The notes beneath the pieces are model-generated. The model did no database searches. It saw only the letters and a program-made list of their open reading frames with translations, and had not been told where the DNA came from. The translations under genes were made by a program, and so were the position numbers. Of a stretch of 42,045 nt of DNA, positions 1 to 8,308 are shown in pieces. This stretch comes from Nitrosopumilaceae archaeon (GTDB lineage: Archaea > Thermoproteota > Nitrososphaeria > Nitrososphaerales > Nitrosopumilaceae): assembly GCA_052389415.1 (NCBI GenBank), contig JBQTHX010000039.1, positions 1-42,045 on the forward strand, in the 5' to 3' direction. How positions within the stretch are numbered: position 1 is the stretch's first letter; each line of letters opens with the position of its first letter.

Positions 1-627
1 TTTTCCATCAACAAATATTATTGCGCCATATTTGTCAAACTTTACATGTTTTATTAGGAGACTCAAAATTTCTCCCGGTCGAGTTCCTGCTTCTGAATGA
101 CAATCAATAAACGCCCTATCTCTAAGATTATCCGCGCAAACTTGGAGTAGTGCAGTCCTGTCTTCCTCTGTTATCAGATCCTCACGGGCAATCTTATCCT
201 TCACCTTTTTGATTTTGACTCCTTTAGTTTCATCAGGATCTCCTACATCATCTTTCTTTCTAGAACCATACTTGAACCACCGGAAGAAAATTTTTAGAAT
301 TTTTTTATGATCATAACTAGTGTTTGATTCCTGACCTGATTCGGCACAATATTCCTTAACTATTCTAACCACGACATTATCAATATCGTTTCTGGTTGCA
401 TCTTTCCAATTCTTGTTAAGGAATCTGGTAAGATTCAAAAGTATTTGAAGGTGTTTTAGCCTTGTAGCTTTTGCCAGTGATTCAATAATCATAGATTGAT
501 CGTATTTGTTGATCAAATCTGCATTTTCCTTAGAAAGATCTTTTTGGATCAAGATTTGTGTTCTAAAAATCCTTGCGTCATAGTCGTATATTGAGTTCGA
601 CTGGGAGTTTCCTAATTTTTGCCTCAA
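1..627 (-). CDS. Tyrosine recombinase/integrase (XerC/D-like), N-terminal 209 aa; 3' part lies beyond the window edge
   Basis: Manual translation from TTG at 627 is open to base 1: MRQKLGNSQSNSIYDYDARI...KILKIFFRWFKYG...DNLRDRAFIDCHSEAGTRPGEILSLLIKHVKFDKYGAIIFVDGK. It contains the box I motif RD-x8-GxRxGE with the catalytic Arg and the following 'VDGK' catalytic Lys strand. Not in the ORF track because it has no stop inside the window. Confidence 0.9.
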   Translation of the reverse strand, partial: MRQKLGNSQSNSIYDYDARIFRTQILIQKDLSKENADLINKYDQSMIIESLAKATRLKHLQILLNLTRFLNKNWKDATRNDIDNVVVRIVKEYCAESGQESNTSYDHKKILKIFFRWFKYGSRKKDDVGDPDETKGVKIKKVKDKIAREDLITEEDRTALLQVCADNLRDRAFIDCHSEAGTRPGEILSLLIKHVKFDKYGAIIFVDGK

Positions 628-651
628 TATTAATAGATGATCAGGGGGGGC

Positions 652-657
652 TTTAAA
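652..657 (-). promoter_or_regulatory. Putative TATA box (TTTAAA) of the integrase, near-leaderless transcript
   Basis: TTTAAA lies about 25 nt upstream of the TTG start at 627, typical archaeal spacing. Confidence 0.5.
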
Positions 658-668
658 CTAGATTAAGG

Positions 669-767
669 CGCCGGGAGAGAGATTTGAACTCTCGAACCCT
701 TGCGAGTACGCGCTTTATGGTAAATTCAATTCCAGGCGCGCGCCCTACCAGGCTAGGCGACCCCGGC
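669..767 (-). tRNA. tRNA-Ser(GGA) with 15-nt canonical (37/38) intron at 715-729; CCA not fully encoded
   Basis: Cloverleaf: acceptor GCCGGGG/TCCCGGC, discriminator G, D-arm GCCTAGCCTGGTAGGGC, anticodon arm CGCGC-CTGGAA[TTGAATTTACCATAA]A-GCGCG, long variable arm, T-arm GAGAG-TTCAAAT-CTCTC. Confidence 0.93.
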
Positions 768-928
768 ATTTATTTTCGCCAAATTATTTCTCGTTGTAAA
801 ACTGACTATATATTACGTTATTTTGCAGGTTTGTTTCATTCTTTACTATACTTTGACGTGTAACCAAATTTGGTTCTCAGTATGATTTCTACCTAATTAT
901 TAAATATTCTTGGACGATTTTCTCTCAT

Positions 929-2725
929 GTGATGAGAGAGAGAATTGTTTATGTTTTCGTGTTCATGATATTATTTTCTATTCCAGGATTAACCTTTGCA
1001 CAGGAAGAACCTTTTGTTGATGATATATCGATATCAACCGATAAATTGTTGTATTCTGTAGGAGAGACCATTGTAATTTCTGGCGAAGTGACAAACAAGA
1101 AAATGCCGGTAGTTGCAATAAGAATTTTCGATCCGGAAGACCGGATCCTTGGCGCGTACAGTGTAGAAATAGATGAGACTAACCATTTTACAAAAACAAT
1201 AATCACAGATGTTCCATTTTATGAGAAATCTGGAATATACACGATTATCTTAGAATACGGAAAGCTAACTACAGCCACAGTTTTTGAAATTGAAAATATT
1301 ACAGGTGAAGTAACGGATTTTCCTCCTGAAGAGGAAGAATCGACTACAATACTACCCGAAGTTATATTCTTTGAATCAGATAAGAAAAAATACCAAAATG
1401 AAGATACGATATTCATTAATGGGAAAGTATCAACTTTTTCGATACCTCAAGTGACCGTAGCCATTTTCGATCCATATGAGGTACCAGCAGGAATTTATCT
1501 TGCTCCTGTTAATCCCGATTTAACATTTTCCACCTCATTTTTGGCAAGATATAGTGTAAATTTCAAAATAGAAGGAACTTATTCAATAACGGCGCAATAC
1601 GGAGGATCAGAAACTAGAAAAAATATAGAGATAGAGTTTTTTGAAAAATTAAATACAAATGCATCTAATCCTGAACCCAATATTACTGAGAATTCAGATA
1701 TTGAAGTTTCATATTCTTTTTTGCTTTCAGAATCAGACCTTGAGAATCTGGCAACATGGTATTATTTAGATGGGAGTGATGATCAATTAGCAACATTATT
1801 TCACAATTTATTAAACAGGGGATTAATTGACCCCGATGTAAATGAGAGAATTACAAAGAATGCTCTGATCTTGTGGATTCAGAATACAGAGATACCGTTA
1901 GGAATTGCAATTGATGATTTATTTAGTGAAGACATTTCTGAAGAAGAATTTTTCACGATAATCGAAAATTCCTTAGAAGAACATATCAACAAACTAGAAG
2001 AGAAATCCAGAATTAGTGAGATCCTAAATCCTTTACCAACAAACCCATCGCCTAAAGCAGAAAGTAATGAAATTAAATCGTCAGAATCAAAAAATGAAAT
2101 TTCTCAAAAAATTGATTATATAGAAGATGAAGATGACGAGACAGAGACAGTTTACATTGATAGTAGTGAAAATTGTAAAATTAGACTGTATGAGGACATT
2201 GTAACATTTTACAACAACCCTGGTCCAGCGTTAGCGCGACTCTGTAAATATGAAGATGCGATATTTAATTACGACCAGACGTTAAGCTCAAATCCTACAC
2301 ATGTAATTGCTTTGACCAACAAAGGTGCCGCATTGGCTAGCCTTGGTCGATATCAACAAGCAATAGAGAGCTACGATAAAGTTCTTGAGGTAGATCCTGA
2401 CAATGTGAATGCATTAAACAATAAAGGAAATGCATTATCAAGTCTTAGTAGATATCAAGAAGCACTAGAGATCTACGATAAAGTTCTTGAGGTAGATCCT
2501 GACAATGAGATCGTTCTCACAAATAAGGAAAAGGCATCTTCCTTTTTGACTGTATACCACATCCCTGAAGCAGAACCTGAAATTATTATGATTTCAGACG
2601 AATCATTAGAAGATATTGAGATAAAGCCAGATGAGAAACTTGAAAAAGATGATGATATTGTAACTCAATTTGCTAAAGTGTTTTCATCCATTAGTGCTTC
2701 TCTAATTTCACTATTTTCCGGATAA
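929..2725 (+). CDS. Secreted/surface protein: signal peptide, two Ig-like beta-sandwich modules, acidic linkers, about 3 TPR repeats
   Basis: Hydrophobic N-terminus ending AFA-like (TFAQ); two 'xDKxxYxxxETIxIxGxV' modules; TPRs ALTNKGAALASLGRYQQAIESYDKVLEVDP and ALNNKGNALSSLSRYQEALEIYDKVLEVDP. Start is GTG929 or ATG932. Confidence 0.8.
   Translation: MMRERIVYVFVFMILFSIPGLTFAQEEPFVDDISISTDKLLYSVGETIVISGEVTNKKMPVVAIRIFDPEDRILGAYSVEIDETNHFTKTIITDVPFYEKSGIYTIILEYGKLTTATVFEIENITGEVTDFPPEEEESTTILPEVIFFESDKKKYQNEDTIFINGKVSTFSIPQVTVAIFDPYEVPAGIYLAPVNPDLTFSTSFLARYSVNFKIEGTYSITAQYGGSETRKNIEIEFFEKLNTNASNPEPNITENSDIEVSYSFLLSESDLENLATWYYLDGSDDQLATLFHNLLNRGLIDPDVNERITKNALILWIQNTEIPLGIAIDDLFSEDISEEEFFTIIENSLEEHINKLEEKSRISEILNPLPTNPSPKAESNEIKSSESKNEISQKIDYIEDEDDETETVYIDSSENCKIRLYEDIVTFYNNPGPALARLCKYEDAIFNYDQTLSSNPTHVIALTNKGAALASLGRYQQAIESYDKVLEVDPDNVNALNNKGNALSSLSRYQEALEIYDKVLEVDPDNEIVLTNKEKASSFLTVYHIPEAEPEIIMISDESLEDIEIKPDEKLEKDDDIVTQFAKVFSSISASLISLFSG
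2371..2507 (+). repeat. Exact 35-bp direct repeat (2371-2405 and 2473-2507), 102-bp period = one TPR unit
   Basis: ctacgataaagttcttgaggtagatcctgacaatg occurs twice, and the upstream flanks are also nearly identical. Confidence 0.9.
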
Positions 2726-2761
2726 TATCAACATAAAATATCTTAATCAGTCAGGAGCACG

Positions 2762-3208
2762 CTATTTGAGAATGTTTATTGTGAGGGATTTTTCTATCTT
2801 TTTCCCATCTTGAATTGTGTCTGTGACAATTTTATATCGTCCCTCTATAATCTGATCACCATCGGATTTCTTTTGATTCCATGTGAACATTTTCTCTTCC
2901 TTTGGTTGCAAGGTGTAGTTCATCTGTGTTGATTGAGGAGAATAAAGCAATAGTCCATCAAGTCCAATAATTTTTAATCCATAAGAAGAATCTGAAAACG
3001 TTAATGGCACAGATCCAGAGTTTACAACTTTAATTACTATTTCTTCTCCGATCTTAAAGTTTGTTTTTTCCGTAAGGATGGAAATTGAAGGACCTTCTAC
3101 ATATACTAATACATCGGATTGATTGGATGCGCTTAACAACAAAAAACCAGTAATTGCTGAGATGATGACTCCAATTCCAAATCCTATAAATGCACCTTTT
3201 GGAAGCAA
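2762..3208 (-). CDS. Membrane-anchored small Ig-like protein (BsuPI-like fold possible)
   Basis: N-terminal TM helix, then 'TEKTNFKIGEEIVIKVVNSG...LQPKEEKMFTWNQ...GRYKI'. TTG start just downstream of cbf5. Confidence 0.65.
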   Translation of the reverse strand: MLPKGAFIGFGIGVIISAITGFLLLSASNQSDVLVYVEGPSISILTEKTNFKIGEEIVIKVVNSGSVPLTFSDSSYGLKIIGLDGLLLYSPQSTQMNYTLQPKEEKMFTWNQKKSDGDQIIEGRYKIVTDTIQDGKKIEKSLTINILK

Positions 3209-3233
3209 TACGAAAATTATTTTTTGTGCCTTT

Positions 3234-4232
3234 TTATTTGTTAACTATATTTTTAGTATGCCAATTTTTTGGATATGTATTTGGTGCCATAATGATTCTC
3301 TTTGTTTGAAAGGCAAAGCCTTTAGTGTTTTCCATAATTTCAGATTCTGATAAGAGCGCTTCACCCAATGCCACTATTTCTCCTTTTTGTGTATAAATTC
3401 CGACATAATCACCTCTTGCCATATTTGGCGATATTTCCAAAACTCCCGGAATTGCTAGCTGAGCTCCATGACACAATGCATCAACTGCAGAATCCCTAAT
3501 CACTACTGATTTTATTTCGCTAAGAGCATATTCTATTGGCATGATTAATTTTAAAAGTTTGGAATTATCACCTTTTTCCTGCCATAATGCATATGCATCT
3601 ACAAGATCGTGCATCTTTACAAGATTAGACTCTTCATCAAAATGTCCAACTCGTGTTCGTCTTAGTTCGATCATGGTAGCACCTGGTCCTAGGATCTCTC
3701 CCATATCATAGAAAATTTTTCTTATGTATGTTCCAGCCTCACATAGAATTCTTAAAAGTAAGAGTCGTTCTTTTTGTTCAATCACTTCGATCTCATAGAT
3801 AGTTCTAATTCTTGTTTGGCGTGAAACGGAAGAACGTTGTGGAGGTTTTTGATGGATCTTACCATGAAATTGTTTAAGAATTTCTTTTAGCTTTTCATTT
3901 GACGGTAGTGAATGTAATCTTCCTAGAGCATGATATTCTTTTGGACCTAATAATAAGACTGCCAAAGCTTTTGTTGCCTCGCCAAATCCTATAGGTAAAA
4001 GTCCAGAGACTGGAGGATCAAGCGTACCACTATGTCCTGCCTTTGATATACCAAATATTTTTTTCACCCAAGCTACTGTTTCATGACTAGTAGGACCATT
4101 TGGTTTATCCAAGATTATTAATCCATAGTTAAGAAGTTGTTCTACGGTTCGCTTATCAAAGTATGTTCCATATTCCTCATTTGTGATATCTTGATCTATA
4201 ACTCTGAGGTTTTGTAGCTGCTTTAGCTTCAT
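3234..4232 (-). CDS. cbf5: H/ACA RNA-guided pseudouridine synthase Cbf5
   Basis: LDKPNGPTSH, GHSGTLDP (catalytic Asp), GTYIR, ELRRTRVG, C-terminal PUA domain. Confidence 0.96.
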   Translation of the reverse strand: MKLKQLQNLRVIDQDITNEEYGTYFDKRTVEQLLNYGLIILDKPNGPTSHETVAWVKKIFGISKAGHSGTLDPPVSGLLPIGFGEATKALAVLLLGPKEYHALGRLHSLPSNEKLKEILKQFHGKIHQKPPQRSSVSRQTRIRTIYEIEVIEQKERLLLLRILCEAGTYIRKIFYDMGEILGPGATMIELRRTRVGHFDEESNLVKMHDLVDAYALWQEKGDNSKLLKLIMPIEYALSEIKSVVIRDSAVDALCHGAQLAIPGVLEISPNMARGDYVGIYTQKGEIVALGEALLSESEIMENTKGFAFQTKRIIMAPNTYPKNWHTKNIVNK

Positions 4233-4789
4233 AGTAATTTTTTTACAAGCGATTTTGCGATTGCAAGGACTTCTTCTGCACTTAGCCCATCTGTGTTTAT
4301 TATATTATCAAAAACCGACAGATTCTCACCAAAGTCAAACCCGTAAAGATTCTTGTAAATCAGTTTGTTCTCTTCATATCTCTTTTTGACTACCTTAAGG
4401 GCTTCATCCGAGGAAAGGTTATCCCTTCTAGTCATCCTTTTTGCACTATTTTCTAGTGAACCAGCCAGCCAAATCTTGATTCCATCATCAACTAGCCATG
4501 GAAGAGTATAACTGGTTATTACCATCCCACCTTTATAGAATAATTCTTTTAATTTCTCATCAACTATTTTATCAAATTCTAGGTTTGTAGTTCTCTGGTT
4601 CAAAAAAGTCATACCCTCTGGTGTATCCCACCAGTCATCCCCCAGAGTATGAAATCCCTGTTCCTTCGCTAATTCCTTTAAGACATCGCCGCCACTAAGA
4701 TATTTCAGTTCAAATTCTTTTGCTAAACCTTTAGCAACTGTAGTTTTACCAATGGCTGGTTGACCGGAAATTACTATCGATTTTGGCAA
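4229..4789 (-). CDS. cmk: Cytidylate kinase (archaeal type)
   Basis: P-loop ISGQPAIGKTT, 'SGGDVLKELA', 'YKNLYGFD'; conserved position before cbf5 with ATGA overlap. Confidence 0.88.
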   Translation of the reverse strand: MPKSIVISGQPAIGKTTVAKGLAKEFELKYLSGGDVLKELAKEQGFHTLGDDWWDTPEGMTFLNQRTTNLEFDKIVDEKLKELFYKGGMVITSYTLPWLVDDGIKIWLAGSLENSAKRMTRRDNLSSDEALKVVKKRYEENKLIYKNLYGFDFGENLSVFDNIINTDGLSAEEVLAIAKSLVKKLL

Positions 4790-4790
4790 C

Positions 4791-5408
4791 TCAGTTTAGA
4801 TCCATTGTAGTTTTTGTGACGCGCATTATGATACCACTAAAAGCTATGGATGAAAGAAAATACCAAGCCCAAAAATATATTTCATTTTCATGTTTACAGA
4901 AGTTTGGAGTCGAGATCACTTTCTCTGCAGTACATGTAAGTTCAAAATAACCTCCAGGAATAAAATTAAGAGATATTGGAGATACAGCGACCGTGTATGC
5001 AAATAGTGGAGGAAGTACAAAATAAAAGATCAAAATAAGCGGTATGAAAGTAATCATCATAGGTCGCATGTTCATTTGCATTATTTCCATATTCATTTTG
5101 TTCATGTAAGCAGATTTTTTGTTTATTTCGTTTATCCTATCCTGATCTTTTGCCCTAAAGGCCGACATCCTTTCTTTCTGCCAAGCTCTTGTTTCTTTCA
5201 TCAATCTTCTTAGCTTGTTTTGATCGACCATTTTTTTCCGTATTACTGCGTTGAATAAGTTAAGTCCTATTGCTATTCCAACTATCCCTAGTGCGGATGA
5301 GATCATTCCTTTTACCAAGGGATCGGAACTTCCTAGCTGGCCTTCACTAATACCTGGAATTTGGAGCCAGATTGAGTTTATGAAATCTAATATTATGCTA
5401 GGTTCCAT
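4791..5408 (-). CDS. EMC3/TMCO1 (DUF106, Oxa1 superfamily) membrane insertase
   Basis: TM-coiled coil-TM-TM layout, 'MRPMMITFIP', 'WYFLSS'; conserved position after adk. Confidence 0.9.
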   Translation of the reverse strand: MEPSIILDFINSIWLQIPGISEGQLGSSDPLVKGMISSALGIVGIAIGLNLFNAVIRKKMVDQNKLRRLMKETRAWQKERMSAFRAKDQDRINEINKKSAYMNKMNMEIMQMNMRPMMITFIPLILIFYFVLPPLFAYTVAVSPISLNFIPGGYFELTCTAEKVISTPNFCKHENEIYFWAWYFLSSIAFSGIIMRVTKTTMDLN

Positions 5409-5988
5409 TGTTATATCCTATTCCATTCACGATTGCTCTTGCAGCTTCATCAACTTTTCCTTCTGAGTTAAGGACAATCTTAATTGGTGAACCACACAAA
5501 ATTGAGCATGTCGATAACATTGCACTAGTAACATCAAGTTCTTTTTTTATGGTGTCAATCGATACAATATCACGATCTCTTGTTGTATCTTTCATTCTTC
5601 TGTTATAGATCTCTTCAGGTCTTGCTGTAATCATTATGAAAATATCTGGTATCAGCACTTCTAGGACATTTTGAGGAAGCCCTGGATAGAATCCCTCTTT
5701 GGTAGAAATGAATGCGTGAGTATCCACAATAATGACATCGTCATTCAAAGAAGCAATTCTTTTTGCCGCCATGGATTGAAGTTTTTTTTGCTCAGGTACA
5801 GATAATCTACGAAGTTCATCTCTACTCTTGATACCATTTTTTTTAGCTTCTTCAAACATTACGGAACCAAAAATCGAAACACTCACACCTATTTTTTTTG
5901 CTTTAAGCATTTCTACAATTTTTGATACAATTGTAGTTTTTCCTACACCTGGTATTCCAACAATAATGATCTTCTTACTTTCTGCCAA
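5398..5988 (-). CDS. adkA: Adenylate kinase (archaeal type)
   Basis: IVGIPGVGKTT, FGSVM, RDELRRL, IVDTH, GFYPGLP. Start more likely TTG at 5988 (MAESKK) than 6000. Confidence 0.93.
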   Translation of the reverse strand: MAESKKIIIVGIPGVGKTTIVSKIVEMLKAKKIGVSVSIFGSVMFEEAKKNGIKSRDELRRLSVPEQKKLQSMAAKRIASLNDDVIIVDTHAFISTKEGFYPGLPQNVLEVLIPDIFIMITARPEEIYNRRMKDTTRDRDIVSIDTIKKELDVTSAMLSTCSILCGSPIKIVLNSEGKVDEAARAIVNGIGYNNGT

Positions 5989-7411
5989 GCAGCGCACCAA
6001 GCCTTGGCATTACTGTTTCCACTTGTTCTTTAATAAGCAAATTATAATAATTTATGAGAATGTCTACAGTAAGCAATAGTCCTATTCCAGTGCCAAAGAC
6101 TCCTAGAACATCTGAAGCACCAGCTAACACACCAAGAATCATGGAACCAATTATAGTTACAGAAGGAATGTATTTTTGGAGAATATTTTCTACAGGTTCA
6201 TTTGAACGTCGAAACCCTGGAACCTGAACATCTGCATCAAGTAGATTCTTTGCAGCTGTTTTTGCAGAAAGACCACCAAGTTCTACCCATAATCTTCCAA
6301 ATAAAACAACGATTCCAATCATAAATAGAACATAAAGTACTGCACGCAGTGGATCTAGTGCCGCTATGTCGAGTCCACGTGGCGGCGTAATATAGTACAA
6401 TATTCCTCCAATGGGAGTAGAAGGACTGGATGGATCAAACATAGCAAGGAAATTCATAATTGGGTTATCATTACGTGAATTATAGTTAGCCCAAAGCATT
6501 TGGCCTACGAATACAGCGTTTGCCGTTAATGCAGATGCTAATATAACTGGGATGTTAGACACGTACATTAGTTTGATAGGATAAACTGCAGAAAATCCTC
6601 TATATTTTGTTGATACTATAGGGATTTCTATTTTTATTCCCTGCGTATAAACTAGAATTAATAAAATTCCAGCCGTAAGAAACAAACCAAATAGACTAGG
6701 TAATTGGTTAGCTCTAAAAAGAACATCCAATACGCTACCACCGTTCATAATTGAACCAGCAAGATATGGAAATATTCCAGACAGACCACCATCTCCAGCA
6801 GGAATTGGGCTAAACATACTCCAAAGTACTTGTTGCGCTACTCCTGCGGCAATGAAAAGACTTATTCCGCTACCGAGTCCCCATCCTTTCTGAATTAATT
6901 CATCCAAAAACATGATAATTACAGAAGCTGCCATCAGCTGACCTATCAAAATGTAACCTACTTCTGGCGAGGGAAGATTTGGACCATATACAGCAGCTCC
7001 ATATAGTATCGACTCAGCAACGATTACAATGTATGTTACTAGTTTGGTAGCTGTCTGAAATAGACTTCGATCTTCAGGTTTCTTGAAATCAAGATGAAAG
7101 ATTTCAGAACCTTTCAAGAGTTGCATCAAGAGACCCGCAGTAACTATTGGTCCAATACCAAGCTCAACCAGTGTACCTTGTTGAGATGCAAAGATGACTC
7201 TTGCAAATGCAAGAAAATCAAATTGTGGAGCTGTTGCACCATAAAGTGGAGTCTGAGCCATTATCATGTAGATTAAAAGTGCTAATCCACACCATGCCAA
7301 TCTTACTTGCAATGAAAGCTTCTTTTTTGGTTTTGGTACTTGTGGGATGTAATTTTCAGCTTTTTTAATAACTTTTATTAGTAAATTGGTAGGTGTTCCC
7401 TCTACGCTCAT
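5975..7411 (-). CDS. secY: Preprotein translocase SecY/Sec61 alpha
   Basis: GTLVELGIGPIVTA, KGWGLGSGISLFI, YPIKLMYVSNIPVIL, PGFRR, GTGIGLLL. Confidence 0.98.
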   Translation of the reverse strand: MSVEGTPTNLLIKVIKKAENYIPQVPKPKKKLSLQVRLAWCGLALLIYMIMAQTPLYGATAPQFDFLAFARVIFASQQGTLVELGIGPIVTAGLLMQLLKGSEIFHLDFKKPEDRSLFQTATKLVTYIVIVAESILYGAAVYGPNLPSPEVGYILIGQLMAASVIIMFLDELIQKGWGLGSGISLFIAAGVAQQVLWSMFSPIPAGDGGLSGIFPYLAGSIMNGGSVLDVLFRANQLPSLFGLFLTAGILLILVYTQGIKIEIPIVSTKYRGFSAVYPIKLMYVSNIPVILASALTANAVFVGQMLWANYNSRNDNPIMNFLAMFDPSSPSTPIGGILYYITPPRGLDIAALDPLRAVLYVLFMIGIVVLFGRLWVELGGLSAKTAAKNLLDADVQVPGFRRSNEPVENILQKYIPSVTIIGSMILGVLAGASDVLGVFGTGIGLLLTVDILINYYNLLIKEQVETVMPRLGALLGRK

Positions 7412-7830
7412 GCTTTAGCAAGCACCTCGCCCCCAGCTTGTTTTATTTTCTCTTCAGCAGACGCAGAGAATTTTTCAACCTTAATCGTATAGGCATTCTT
7501 AGTTTGACCCCCACCTAGTAGTTTATCATAACCAAGTCCAGCAAGATCTATAATTTTTTTTCCACCTTCTTCTTTTCCAAATTTCGCAAAAAATGAATCC
7601 AAGTCTCTTACGCTTACCCATTTTTTCACTATGTTTGGGTGGGGAGGATGAGTGGAATCGTGACCAAAATGTCTTGGATCGGTAAGAAGCATCCTGATAA
7701 AATGGTGTTTATGCATACCGGATTGACCTAGGCCACCTTTATGACCACTAGATCTGTGTTGACCTATTTGCCCCCAACCATGGTTTCGTCCTCCCCTGAA
7801 TCTTCTTGTTTTTCTAAGTCTTGTTGCCAT
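7408..7830 (-). CDS. rpl15: 50S ribosomal protein uL15
   Basis: RKTRRFRGGRNHGWG...HR..GHKGG; KLLGGG; FSASAEEKIKQAGG. Confidence 0.96.
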   Translation of the reverse strand: MATRLRKTRRFRGGRNHGWGQIGQHRSSGHKGGLGQSGMHKHHFIRMLLTDPRHFGHDSTHPPHPNIVKKWVSVRDLDSFFAKFGKEEGGKKIIDLAGLGYDKLLGGGQTKNAYTIKVEKFSASAEEKIKQAGGEVLAKA

Positions 7831-7831
7831 T

Positions 7832-8308
7832 CTATATCATCTTCCTAACTTGAGCAAGGAGTTCCTTATGATGACCTAAAATCCCACCCTCACCATACAT
7901 CTTCTTTGTATTTCGTTTAAACCCATTTTTTGGTGGAGATAGGGCAAACCATGGTTTCAGTGGTTTTAATTTTGAAAGCGAAGATGTACCTTCCACAAGC
8001 GATTTTGCAAGTTCTTCAGGATTTTTGAATCCTAATTTTGCGATGTCTTCAGCAGTAATTTTCTGATAGCCTGTTTTTCGTCCCTTTTTTTCTAGTAATT
8101 CCTTTGTAGTAGACACATCCAATTCCTGCCATGAAATATAATGCTTTATCTTATCTAGCATACCCTTGGTATTTTCTTTTGAAGGAATAATGGTAGCTCT
8201 GAATTTTTTATCCAAATGTAAAAGATCTAGTGTGGTTCTAGCCCAATGAGGTACGTTTACGGTTCCTCTCATTCTTACTACTAGAAAAGAATTTGGCATT
8301 TCATTCAA
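7832..8308 (-). CDS. rpl30: 50S ribosomal protein uL30 (long archaeal form)
   Basis: LVVRMRGTV, TLDLLHL, FALSPPKNGF, GGILG; operon position. Confidence 0.95.
   Translation of the reverse strand: MNEMPNSFLVVRMRGTVNVPHWARTTLDLLHLDKKFRATIIPSKENTKGMLDKIKHYISWQELDVSTTKELLEKKGRKTGYQKITAEDIAKLGFKNPEELAKSLVEGTSSLSKLKPLKPWFALSPPKNGFKRNTKKMYGEGGILGHHKELLAQVRKMI

Larger units (their letters stand above)
1..668. mobile_element. Probable end of an integrated mobile genetic element inserted at the 3' end of tRNA-Ser
   Basis: The integrase starts 42 nt downstream of the tRNA discriminator base, on the same strand. No oligo-T terminator follows the tRNA. The second att copy is not visible in the window. 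Confidence 0.65.

Noticed and set aside
2349-2507. Direct repeat considered as CRISPR-like
   Set aside because: Only two copies, in frame with a 102-nt TPR period inside a CDS; no cas genes in the window.
4060-4120. Possible BHB intron in cbf5 pre-mRNA, as known in some Crenarchaeota
   Set aside because: The reading frame is continuous through LDKPNGPTSHETVAW with no insertion.
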